Origin: Spizellomyces punctatus DAOM BR117
Taxonomy: Eukaryota
Strand: one strand, 5' to 3'
DNA: 64,000 nucleotides
NCBI GenBank assembly: GCA_000182565.2
Contig: KQ257459.1
Shown here: piece by piece, positions 13,115 through 25,266 of the stretch
Layout of the letters: each line of letters begins with the position of its first letter
How positions within the stretch are numbered: the first letter of the stretch is position 1
The notes under the pieces: model-generated
The model's input: only the letters and a program-made list of their open reading frames with translations
The model's database searches: none
Told to the model about the DNA's origin: nothing
Position numbers and translations under genes: made by a program

Positions 13115-14276
13115 AGGATTTTTTAGCAGGCGGATTCCAGGCGAGACTGGTGAAGTGGACGCAGAAAGGATTTGCGTACGGATGGGCGCAGCGCGCTGGC
13201 AACAATGTATACCTGCTTCAACCAGTTCTTGGTACATCCATAATGGGATGCGGACCGAATATAGTGGGCGTACTTTTGAGATATCCGGAGCCGTCGTGTT
13301 GATCTTGTTGAGGATATCAGAGATTGTGTGTTATACTCATCGAGACACACAGAACGGCGCAGGTTCCAGTCACATGGCAGGGAACAATATTCCTTCCAGA
13401 CTTATATTATAGGGGTTATGTTGCAATCTCTCGCATTGCTTGCTCAAATCTTGTGGATACGATGGGTTTTTTACTGTCAGGATCGTAGAAGGGATTTGAA
13501 ACTAGATTGACGTAGGCGTTGTGTATTCTGCGGAACAACTGCGATAAGAAAGGTTACTTAGAAAGCACAACATGGAAAGCATATTGCCAACGCCAGCTGC
13601 TCACGTTTTTCATATCTTGGTCTTTGATGATGACGTCGGCCAGGCTAATCACAAGTATAAATTTGATCCGAGTGTTTGTTATGTACCCGAAGCTGATAGA
13701 TAACATAAAAACCGGTCCATAAAATGCAGAGGAGAGAGGTATCTATTACTTACACAGCCAAATCCTCCATGGCGTACAGAAGTCCCAGGTATTGGTCAGT
13801 ATGCTTTGCCGCTGCACTAACTTCAGTTGAAAAGCTCGGTCAGTAGTCAGTCTTCAAGTCGTATACGGCGTACACTATGCTCCATTACGCACTTCTTTCT
13901 TCAATTATATCAATAGAGGTATGTGCGATATAGTGGTACTTCAAGTCTTGGTGAGATTGGCTGAAGTTTTTTATGTACAAAGGATTATTCTGAACAACAA
14001 TCGAGCGATTAGTCGCGTGAGTTTGCAGAGCAGCGGGTATGGAGAGCTGCAAGGCAGCGAGTAGGTACCAATTTGCCTATGATTGCTATACAATTTACGC
14101 TGAAGTTCATTGTGATAAAATTGGACGACTGGCGAAGGATGGTCGCAAGCGAGAAGAGCAATGGATGGAACACGGCCACGCCAAAGGTCTGCGCCACTTG
14201 GTTACGTGATCCTCAAATTGGGCGAAACCAGCGACAAGGTTAACTCTAACCTTTTTCCCACGCATCTTCCTCCCGC

Positions 14277-15803
14277 ATGACTGCCTCTGCGGACGAGCGG
14301 CTAAAGTACCTACCCACGAAGATAAAGAAGCATAGATATGAGCGAAAACTAGCAAAGGCAAAGGCAGCGGCGAGGTCAGGTACGTGGTCCAAGAACGGTT
14401 AGGCATAGCGATACTTTACTCTTAGAATTCTGAATAAGTCCCACAACCCCAGAGCTGGACAGTTTTGGCTGGTCGAAACATTGTTTTTCCACTCGCAGCT
14501 TCTTAGTATGCTCTAGGGATTGCGTTGAGAGAATAAACTACGATGAAGTATCAGAGGAAGAATTTATACGACGCTTCGAAGAGCCTGCCATTCCCGTTGT
14601 CATCGAAGGAGCCACAAGGACTTGGCCTGCCGAGAAACGATGGTGCCCTGAATCGTTTTTAGACACGTACAGAGAAGAGAAGTTTAAGGTGGGAGAAGAT
14701 GACGACGGCGATCCGGTGTACCTACCGGTAAAGTACTTTATGCACTATGCTCTTGTGTCCGGAGAGGCAGCCAAGGACGATTCGCCACTCTATATCTTCG
14801 ACAGCACATTTGGAGAGCGGAAGTACAATAATTCTGGACGGTCTAAACGTAGACAAAAGAAACAAAAATCAAAGCGAGCATTAGAGGGTGAAGATTGGGA
14901 TAGCGAGAGGAAAGAATCACAACCTACGTGCAAACTTCTAGAAGATTATGAAGTTCCAAAATATTTTCGCGATGATCTTTTTCGATTATGCGGTGAGCGC
15001 CGCCGACCCCCGTACCGTTGGATGGTGGTCGGACCAGCGCGGTCTGGGACTGGTATACATGTGGTAGGTACCCCCCCCCCCCCCCCCGTGTTTAGCCAGT
15101 TCATTTGATTTGCGCCAACCTCTCAATTTGCAGGATCCACTAGGAACAAGTGCCTGGAATGCGATAGTATATGGTCACAAGCGCTGGGTGCTGTTTCCGC
15201 CGGGGACCCCCAGAGATATCATTGAACCCGCACATGTGCCAGATCATGAAGCAGCCAGCTGGTTTGCACACGTGTATCCAAGCATGGAGGCACGAACATC
15301 TGATGGAAAGACTTTAGGCGAACGTTTAGGAATGAGAGAAATTATTCAGAAGCCAGGAGAAACTGTCTTTGTACCAGGCGGCTGGCATCACGTTGTCATA
15401 AACTGTGGTAAGTGCTCTTATTCCATTTGCAAACGTGCAAATCTGCTGGGGACTAAGTATCTGTGAAGACTTTACGATTGCCGTTACGCAGAATTTCTGT
15501 TCAAGAACAAACTTGGAAACCGTTTGGCTACACACGAGGTATTCTCGTCCACGGTTGGCAAAAAAGTTTACAACTAGATTAGAAGAATTGTCTTCCTCTT
15601 CTGAATTCTATGCGAGACTGAGAGAGCGCATTCGTACCTTGGAGACTGTTCCCGCAGTGCCTCCCGATAGCAGTAGCTCTAGTGGCTCAAGTAGTAGTAG
15701 CAGTAGTGGAAGCGATGACACACTCTCTGAGAGTACGGATATGGATGGTAATTGCCTTTGCCGTTCATGCAAACGCAAGAGAAAGAAACCACTGCCAAGA
15801 TGA
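14277..15803 (+). CDS. JMJD6: JmjC-domain oxygenase JMJD6/PSR, 3 introns
   Basis: [47 protein letters not shown] (HxD), [23 protein letters not shown] and a C-terminal poly-Ser tract. Confidence 0.93.
15071..15087. repeat. Poly-C homopolymer (17 nt) in a JMJD6 intron
   Basis: Seen directly, just after the GTAGGTA donor. Confidence 0.9.
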
Positions 15804-15839
15804 CCATATAAATAAATTGTATATCAAAGAATAGTGAAA

Positions 15840-16862
15840 TTACTTTCGCGAATGTGATGACCACTCTTGCCAGCGCCGCCAACACCGCTTCGCCAAATGG
15901 ATAGGAGCCCCGCTCCCCACCACGACGATATATGTGCGTATCAGTTTGGCCTGGCTACCATTTGACCAGCTTTCAGCGTATTTTTTTGCCAGCTCCATCT
16001 GAGGTCTAAAGAGTGTTGCCATATACTCCTTTGCTGCGAATGCACGCGAGCCGATTGATTGCGTAAGATCAATCTGGACTGTTGTACTGGCAATGAATGA
16101 GTGAACGGTCTTTACTGAAAGACGATGGAAGATTCACCTTAATGTGGAGTCGCTTGTTTGTGGTGTTTCCTTCATATTCTGGTTCATCCCTTCGATATGC
16201 CGTGTTGTTTCCTCAAAATCGTGTGATAGTATGAGATGCAAGTGATCATTTTGCTGCATAAAGCGCCATACTATTAATGCTCGCCATCCATAAAAGGAGC
16301 ACTACAAGGTCATATCTCTACGCACGCTGTCATCTCCAGGAGGTCGTTTCGCAAAACATATCAACTGCACTTTGGGTTCCAGATTCTTTCTTCTCCTTTC
16401 GTTCGTCTGTAGGTGTGTGTTATTACGCATATGAAACCGGCAAGACAGCTTAGTTCTCACCTGCTTTAAAGTTACAAAGCACATTTCATCCCAGCGTTCT
16501 CTTGTGTTATTTGGCTGGTGGCCTCTACTGGATGAGAACAGCAGCCTGTGAAAAACACTCTGCATGCGAGTTGCTTGCGCTGCATCTTGCGGTTCGGATG
16601 GTTGGGATTCGACGGGAGGGGAATTTGAAGGCGGATTGGGGGAAGAGGATGGAAGGTCTATGTAACTTGATTCTGTTTGGGGTGGGGAGCTGTGGGGTGG
16701 TGAACGATCGGGAGACATGTTGCCTCGATGGTCGTCGGGGTTCGCATCATCTCCAGCAAAGCCAACCATCGACAAGCGTGACTCTTGCTGTGCCACGGAA
16801 CGTCTTTGTTTATCAACGAGGACGAGGCCGAGGGACGCCCTTTTTTTTGACGGGTGATGCAT
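15840..16862 (-). CDS. Hypothetical protein, Pro/Ser-rich N-terminus, about 3 introns
   Basis: The 186-aa ORF joins downstream exons in frame through GT-AG introns (..[38 protein letters not shown]). No family recognised. Confidence 0.55.
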
Positions 16863-19800
16863 GGGATCTGCTACCGGCTATTGCAGATAAATACATCGTT
16901 TCCGAGATCTCGCTACACCTGTTCTGTGATTCAGAGGAACGTGTCCTCTTCGCTATTCTGTGGATTTTTCATTAGGAGCTCACACAGCGCAACCAAGATG
17001 ACGGTGGATCTGGAATGGCCCGTCTCCAGAGTGCGACAGACGTATATCGAATTCTTCACCCAAAAGCACCAACACACCTTCGTTCCCTCCTCTGCCACAA
17101 TTCCGCACGATGACCCGACACTCCTGTTTGCCAACTCGGGTATGAACCAGGTTTGTCGAGTCGCGCTGCTAATCTGCTGTATTTCTGGATATTAACGAAT
17201 GGTTGCGTCCTTATAGTTCAAACCCATCTTTTTGGGTACTGTTGACCGGAACTCTGACTTGGGAAAGCTCAAGCGCGCTGCCAACACACAGAAATGCATA
17301 CGTGCTGGAGGAAAGCACAATGATCTCGAAGACGTAGGAAAGGACACTTACCACCATACCTTCTTCGAGATGCTTGGAAACTGGTCGTTTGGTGACTACT
17401 TTAAAAAGGAAGCCATTGCCATGGCCTGGGACCTTCTCACCAACGTGTACAAGTTGCCCTCGGATCGCCTGTATGTCACTTACTTTGGTGGAGATGAGAA
17501 AATGCGGTTGGCACCTGATGAGGAGGCCAGAAAATTGTGGCTGGACATTGGTGTTCCTGAGGACCACATCTTACCCGGTGATAGTAAAGATAATTTTTGG
17601 GGTAATAGAACATGTATATCCATGTCCGATTTTCAAAGCTTAACTGGTGGTCTATTTACAGAAATGGGTGATCAAGGTCCCTGCGGTCCATGCAGTGAAA
17701 TCCACTTTGATAGAATTGGCGGGCGAAATGCTTCACATTTGGTCAATCAGGACGATCCGGATGTCCTGGAGATTTGGAACCTCGTCTTCATGCAGTTCAA
17801 CCGTGAACCTGACCGATCCCTAAAACCTCTACCCAACAAACATATCGATACCGGCATGGGCCTGGAGCGACTCGTTTCAATTCTACAGAATAAGCGATCA
17901 AACTATGATACGGATGTCTTTGCAGGGATCTTTGCTGCTATTCAGAAGTTAACTGGTGCGAGACCGTATGCAGGACGGGTTGGGCCAGACGATGTGGATG
18001 GAATTGATACCGCTTACCGTGTCGTTGCTGATCATATTCGCACGCTCGCATTTGCCATCAGTGATGGAGGGGTCCCTTCCAATGAGGGCCGTGGGTACGT
18101 CCTGCGACGGATTATCCGACGTGCTGCTCGCTACGTCCGCAACAAATTTAATACACCGATTGACGGTTTTTTCTCCCGGTTGGTGGATACTGTGACCGCT
18201 GAGATGGTACGTGGCTTGTCTCAGTAGTTCTACAATGAGCCTAGTCACTGAACCCATTTTTCTTAGGGTGAAGCTTTCCCGGAAATCACAAAACGGATTG
18301 ATGATCTGAAGGAGATTCTTGACGAGGAAGAGCGAAGTTTTGCTAAGACTCTTGACCGTGGGGAGAAGCTCTTTGGAGAATACCTTGCAAAGGCTCGTTC
18401 TGAAAATGCTAGTACACTGAACGGGGCGGATGTCTGGCGGCTTTACGACACATATGGATTCCCTGTCGATCTGACCAGACTCATGGCCGAAGAAAGCGGA
18501 TTGCAGGTAGACGAGATGGAGTTTGAGAGGGCCCAACAGGCTGCCAAGGAACGATCAAAAGCGACGGGTTCCAAAGATAAAGGGGACGTGGTTGCACTGA
18601 ACATCCATGATTTGGGAGAGTTGGAGAAGAATCCTGACGTGCCGAGAACTGATGATCGTTACAAGTATGGTATGTAACTTTTGAGAACCGTGGCACTCTA
18701 TGATTCGCAATTTTGAAGCTCGGCAATTAGGCACTGATGACATTCAGGCCACCGTCAAAGCAATCTATGCCGATGGCAAATTTGTAAAGTCTGTTGCGAG
18801 CGAGTCATTCACCCGACGATTCGGTATTCTCCTGGATAAAACCAACTTTTACGCCGAGCAGGGTGGACAACAATACGACACTGGCTCCATCACTGTTGAC
18901 GGTCAAGCGGAATTCGCGGTAGACGATGTCCAACCGTTTGGAGGTTATGTACTTCACATTGGCTACCTCAAGTACGGTAGTCTGTCTGTGGGTACGGAGG
19001 TGGTCTGTTCTTATGATGAATTGCGAAGATGGCCCATTCGTAACAATCACACCGCAACCCATATCCTCAATTTCGCGCTAAAGAAGACACTGGGAGATGT
19101 TGTTGATCAGAAGGGCTCATTGGTTGCACCGGAGAAACTTCGTTTTGATTTCTCGGCAAAGAATGCACCAACGATAGAACAGTTGACTCAGATTGAAGAT
19201 ATTTCCAACGAATTTATCAAAAAGAACCACAAGATGTTTACAAAGGATGTGCCATTGCATTTGGGCAAATCTATTAATGGACTTCGTGCTGTGTTTGGAG
19301 AGGTAATCATCGTCTTTTCTGGTCTGCGCAAGCCTGGCTGTTTCTGGATGTTAACCCGACCAACCTATAGACGTATCCTGATCCTGTCCGAGTCGTATCA
19401 ATTGGCTTTGACGTTGATGAAATGCTCAAAGACTCTGCCAATCCAAAATGGTCGGAAACGTCCGTTGAGTTCTGTGGAGGAACACACGTCAAGCAAACTG
19501 GCGACATAAAACGCTTTGTTATTTTGGAAGAAAGTAGCATTTCGAAGGGAATCAGGCGAATTGTTGCAGTCACTGGAGAAGAAGCATTTGAGGTGCAACG
19601 ATTAGCCGACGAATTTGACCGGAAGATTGCGGATTTGAAAGGATTGCAAGGTTCAGCTTTGGAGACTGGGCTCAAGACGACTGGAAAGGATCTTGATGAG
19701 GCTGCGCTACCTGTATTGCGAAAGCACAAGCTCCGACAAACGTTTGCTGCGATCAAAAAGGAGTTTGATGATCAAGACAAGGCGCGGAAAGCAAAGGAGA

Positions 19801-20300
19801 TGAAGGAGGCTGCAGAGCGGGTGAAGACCTACTTTGACCAGAACCCCGACGTACCGTTTTTGGTTGAAGTTCTTCCATACGGTGGCAACACTAAGGTGAG
19901 ACATTGCAGCAGCGACTACCGAGTTGGATCGTCGGTACTAATATCTTGTTTTAGGCACTTGCCAAAGCCATTGAAGCTGTCAAGGGACTAAAGACAAAGG
20001 CTGCCATGCTACTGACAGTTGACGCTGAATCAAGCAAAGTATCGTACCAATGTATCGTGCCCAAGGTGAGATTTTTTAACATATCGAGTATCTCAAGTTT
20101 TGTTACTAACCCACTTCTCTTAGGAATATGTTGATAAAGGACTGAAAGCGACAGACTGGGCAGATGTGGTGAGCCAAAAGGTTGGTGGCCGAAAGGGTGG
20201 TAAAGATGAGTCCGCCGCAGGAGCCGGAACGGACCTTGCTGGCGTTGAAGAGGCCGTGTCTCTTTCCCTAGAGTTTGCCCGACTACGTCTCAGTGCCTAG
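16857..20300 (+). CDS. ALA1: Alanyl-tRNA synthetase; cytosolic start at 16998, upstream in-frame ATG at 16857 adds a putative mitochondrial presequence
   Basis: [64 protein letters not shown], editing motifs NHTATH and EFCGGTH, and C-Ala GGRKGG. Stop 20298-20300. Confidence 0.96.
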
Positions 20301-20508
20301 AGACCTTGTTAGAGGACTTGACCTGATACATATTGTTTTCTTAAGTACTATTTGATTTCTTGAATTGGCCATGCCTGCAGCAAACTGCACATATAATGTC
20401 ATTCCTCCAATCTTCAACTTTTTGCCTCTCAGCACTTTGTATCACGTGACTACATTCAGACTTGGTTCAAAATGCCAAGCGCGATGGTGTTCGAGTTTGA
20501 AGGGAATC

Positions 20509-21510
20509 ATGTCGTTTTTACGGAACCTCTTCCGAGGCGTTCAACATTCTCCAACACCCGTCTTCCCTTCTGCAAGCTACGTCTCGCTCGTTTGGAAAGC
20601 CAACGAGGAATGGCTCGCCCACTGCATCAAGCACCCGCTATTGGATGGACTAACCAACACAAGGGTGCACATACTTGGAACATCTCTCCTCAATCTCCCA
20701 TCACGAGATGTCCAGCGCGCGATATCAAATTTGAAGGGAAATCTTGGATGGATATGTGTCGATGAAGCGGAGGAGAGCGCAATGTGGCTCAACCGATATG
20801 CCGCTATACTCAAACAGGGACACTTTCAGGATCTGGAGGAGCGAGATGGGAATGTGGAAACGTCCCTGCAGGAGGTCCGAACGTGGGTCGAACGCAAGCG
20901 AGGTGAATTTATGGACGCAGGTGTACCGGACGAATGGATAGATGCATTGGAGTCGACTGGTCTCCGACCTGGCTGGGATACCATCGAGGCTGTCGAGCGA
21001 GGCCAGCAGGAAAGATTACCTGTAGAGTTCATTGGTATTGGTCATGCCGAGGAAACTTCACGGTACTTTTCGTCCTCTGCAAAGATGGCAAGTATGGATC
21101 CGAATATAACAGAAGAAGCACCCACCGTGGATCTCCAGTCGGAGCTTCGACAGTTGTTTCACAAAGTGGGAGTATCGCTTGGGGACATGAAAAATATCAA
21201 TACGGGTTCACCGTTAGCAGACAGTCGATTGCAATCTCTGGTGCTAGACCCAAAGGGACTGGCTGCATATCATAAGATTATCTCAAAGCATTTAATGGGC
21301 ATGCATGGAGAAGCGGGACGGCGTAGGCAGGAAGGGGAAGCAAGGAAAGCTATCAAATGTGAGCGTATTATTGAACGGCTAAAGGACGTATGTGAGGAAG
21401 TGGGAGCACAAAGGGAAGGCGTAAATGTGCTAGCTGTCATTGATAGAAATCATGTGGAAGGTGTAAGAAGGCTTTGGGAGGAAGGAGATGACAATGATGA
21501 TGTAGAATAG
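20509..21510 (+). CDS. Intronless protein, probably divergent TraB/TRABD-family
   Basis: RVHILGTS..S..V..AI...ICVDE resembles the TraB N-terminal motif. NVLAVIDRNHVEGVRRLWEE resembles the TraB C-terminal VVAVVGxGHxxGI motif. The family assignment is inference. Confidence 0.55.
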   Translation: MSFLRNLFRGVQHSPTPVFPSASYVSLVWKANEEWLAHCIKHPLLDGLTNTRVHILGTSLLNLPSRDVQRAISNLKGNLGWICVDEAEESAMWLNRYAAILKQGHFQDLEERDGNVETSLQEVRTWVERKRGEFMDAGVPDEWIDALESTGLRPGWDTIEAVERGQQERLPVEFIGIGHAEETSRYFSSSAKMASMDPNITEEAPTVDLQSELRQLFHKVGVSLGDMKNINTGSPLADSRLQSLVLDPKGLAAYHKIISKHLMGMHGEAGRRRQEGEARKAIKCERIIERLKDVCEEVGAQREGVNVLAVIDRNHVEGVRRLWEEGDDNDDVE

Positions 21511-21717
21511 TTTTATTGCATTTGTAGATAATTTTTCAAGGAAGACTGCATTAACAGCATTAGCAGACATTTGGCGAATAGCTTGCCAACGACAATGCCA
21601 TGGCTGATGCCTTGCGCCCCCCGTTGGCTTTGAACCAAAGGCGAGCTTCCACTTCCGCCCCACCCCTCCCCAGCAAAAGATCCCTAAACAAAAGAAAACA
21701 AAAAGGGCCATTGCAAA

Positions 21718-21723
21718 ACGCGT
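21718..21723. promoter_or_regulatory. MCB-like element (ACGCGT) upstream of TOP1
   Basis: Exact ACGCGT about 300 bp upstream of the TOP1 ATG, with further ACGCG cores near 21784 and 21965. Confidence 0.3.
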
Positions 21724-22023
21724 TGCCAAATTTGGACAAAAAAATCTAAGTCCCAAACTGTGTGGGCCTTTTGATGTGAGCGACGCGGGGACTTTGCCAT
21801 TTTGTTTTTGTTCTTTGCCCACACGCATTTACCTAGCACGAACTGCTGCTATTTAAAGAACGAATCTCAGTTCACGAGCGTTTCCCTCCAGTGAGAGACT
21901 TTTGGCAGTTCAAGTAAGATCTGCTCAATGCCCTTTTTTCAGCGATGATCTATAAGCTTATTTAACGCGACTGCAGTTGGTTCACACCTTACGCAGCAAG
22001 CCCGCAAAACGACTAGTGTCGTA

Positions 22024-25000
22024 ATGTCAGACAGCGAGGACGATGTACCATTGAGAGTTCGCCGAACAGTAGCCGTAAAAAAGGAACCTGGCTCACGACC
22101 GTCAACCATTGACGATGGTGACAGCGATTCAGACGTGCCTCTTGCGCGACGCAAAAAGACAAGCGGTGCAACTGCTGGAAAGGCTGCTTCAGACGCCAAG
22201 AATACCCAAAATGGAAGAGGTCAGGGTGAGTAGGTGCCAACCTTCAGCCATGCCAAGGCGAATGACAGAACCGTCCTTTATGTGGACGCGAGGTCGATTT
22301 ATTTACTTGACTTGGGAATAATTTTGGTGTCATCCCATAGCTGGCTCGAAAGCACCGCCGAAGAGATTAAGTAAGGAAGTGGGCTCAGACAGTGATTCCG
22401 ACGTGCCTCTGGTAAGTAGTAGCAAGCCAGGTATCAGAGGTGCGATAACCATGCGATGACTGACCGAGGCTCTCGCGTGTCTTCAATAGTCCAAAAGGGT
22501 AAAGACAGAACGTCCTGGGAAGAAAAGTCCTGCAGTAAAGCAGGAGAAGACAAATGGAAAGGTATAGCCATTTAACGAGGCTATCATCGTTTTCCGTTTC
22601 CCGTTACTTACGACAACCTTAGGTGACGCCGAAGCGTAAACGGGCCGCCCAGTCAGCAGATTCTGGTGCCGAGATGGACGACAAGAAAACACAGAAGAAA
22701 TCACGTAAGCGGGAAGCATCAGCCACCGCTTCGCCCGGAAAGAAGACCAAGGAAGAAGAGGAGGACGAAGAGGAAGAGTACAAATGGTGGCTTGACCAGG
22801 AGAAAGACAATTCAATAAAGTGGACGACATTAGATCACAATGGTCCTATGTTTCCACCTCCTTACGAGCCGCACGGTGTCAAGATGAAGTATAAGGGTGA
22901 GTTTTCCGTTTTCAACGGTCGCGTCGTCATTGGACTCTGTTGATTAATGGTTGGTTGAACAGGAAAACCCATCGATTTGGAACCGGAAGCTGAGGAGGTG
23001 GCCACTTTCTTTGCTGGAGTTCTCGGCACAGATTGGGGAGACAATCCAATATTCCAAAAGAACTTCTTTGCAGACTTCCTTACCATACTGAAGCGACAAA
23101 AGAAGGTATCGAGTCGGTTGGCTCCTCTATCCTACCTTTTGGGAGAAACTTACTGGCGTAAGACAGGCTTCCCCTATCAAAGAGTTCAGCGAATGCGATT
23201 TTTCGCCGATCGCAGAGCACTTGCAACAAGAAAAGGAAAAAAAGAAAGCCATGTCCAAGGAAGAGAAGCTGGTGGGTTTCCCGGGCATGCTTTTTTGTAT
23301 CACTTGCTTACTGAACAGGTGTGGCCTATAGAAACTAAAAGAAGAGAAGGCTAAGCTGGATGAAAAATATGGGTGGGCATATCTGGATGGACGCAAAGAG
23401 AAAGTTGGAAACTATCGAATAGAACCTCCTGGGCTCTTCCGTGGTCGTGGAGAGCATCCTAAGACTGGTACTCTCAAGGTATAGAAATTTTGACCTGTGG
23501 TCGTACGAATTCTATGCGAAAATAGCTTACTCAATATGCTTCCAGCTGCGCGTCCAACCCGAGCAAGTCACGATCAACATTGGGAAGGATGCACAAGTAC
23601 CAGAACCTCCCGCAGGGCATAAGTGGGCTGATGTCATTCACGACAATACAGTTACCTGGCTTGCCATGTGGAAGGAAAACGTCAATGAATCTATCAAATA
23701 CGTGTTCCTCGCAGCGACATCATCATTAAAAGGACAAAGCGATATGAAGAAGTTTGAGAAATCGCGAAATTTGAAGGTGAGCATGCGAAGGGTTGCGACT
23801 TACCACTTTACACAGGTACACTTATCCCTCTATACAGAGTCACATCCACAGAATCCGTAAAGACTATACTGCGGAACTTAAAGACAAGCAGATGGCGATC
23901 CGACAGAGGGCTACGGCCATGTACTTGATTGATCGTCTCGCTCTTAGGGCTGGTAACGAAAAGGGCGACGATGAGGCTGATACAGTCGGTTGCTGTTCGC
24001 TACGATTCGAACACATCAGTTTAGAGCCCCCAAACAAAGTCATCTTTGATTTCTTGGGTAAAGATTCTATCCGATACTACAACGAGGTTCAGGTGGATGA
24101 CCAAGTATTCAAGAATCTGAAGTTGTTCAAAAAGCCGCCAAAGACCGATGGTGATCAGCTGTTTGACAGGATTAACGTGAGTTTGCTCATTTTTCTGATC
24201 ATATCTTGTCCGTACACTGTGATGGACCCATTTCATCCATATGCAGACGGGAGTTCTCAACAAGCATTTGACCACCTATATGGCTGGACTCACAGCAAAA
24301 GTATTCCGTACATACAACGCGTCGCATACTTTCCAAGAAGAGCTGAAAAAGACTCCCGTGGACGGCACCGTAGCCGAGAAGGTCTTGGCGTATCAGCGCG
24401 CCAATCGACAGGTTGCCATTCTTTGTAACCATCAGCGCGCTGTATCCAAAGGACATCATGGCCAGATTGGTCGCATTCAAGACAAGGTATTTGCCGACTT
24501 TGACTGTTGCAATCCGGATGTGCAAGTGCTTACCTCATGCACAGATACGCGCAATCAAGTATGAGCGCTTGCTTGTAAAGCGAGAGATGCTAGATCTCGA
24601 TCCCAAACTCAAGAAAAAGCGCCCCGAACTCGCACAAGACGAAAGCGATATTGATGATGAATTCATTGAAAAGCATAAAGTATTCCTGGAAGAACAGGAG
24701 AAAGAGAAGGCTAGAAAGAAGCTAGAGAAAGAAAATGAGAAGCGGGCGGAGCAGGGTAAATCTCCTCTTACCGAAGCGCCGATACCAAGGAAGTCGGCAC
24801 TCACGATGGAGAAATTGGAAAAAAAATATGAGCAACTTACTGATCGCATCAAAACGCAAAAGATGTTGTTGATAGATAAGGTTTGAATAATGATGAATTG
24901 CGTGCGCTTGTGGGCTGGGACTAAAAGATTTCTTCCTTCAACAAGGACGAGAACAAGACAACTGCGCTCAGCACATCGAAAATTAACTATATAGACCCGC

Positions 25001-25179
25001 GTATATCGGCAGCGTGGTGTCACAAGTATGATGTGCCGTTGGAAAAAATTTTCAACAGAACTTTGAGAGAGAAGTTCAAATGGGCGCTGGATGTCGACAA
25101 GGACTGGGTTGGTATCTGCTTTTCTTGTATGGAATTACGTCAAAATCACTAATGGGTCTTTACTTCACAGCAATTTTAG
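22024..25179 (+). CDS. TOP1: DNA topoisomerase IB
   Basis: [82 protein letters not shown] and catalytic [10 protein letters not shown]. Last exon QF* at 25171-25179. Confidence 0.97.
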
Positions 25180-25266
25180 TATCTACCGACGTGTGACATT
25201 TCTTCAGTAAATACAATAGTAATGCTGGTGGATGCAAGGCAGAGAATGACGTCTCGTCGGTCATAT

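Noticed and set aside
13115-14270. Longest non-coding stretch, with weak ORFs
   Set aside because: No recognisable protein, RNA structure or repeat; probably the BDF1 3'UTR plus the JMJD6 promoter.
17602-17661. Apparent insertions in AlaRS, Bdf1 (11072-11152) and dynein ORFs
   Set aside because: Stop-free introns of 3n length with GT-AG ends, not protein insertions or inteins.
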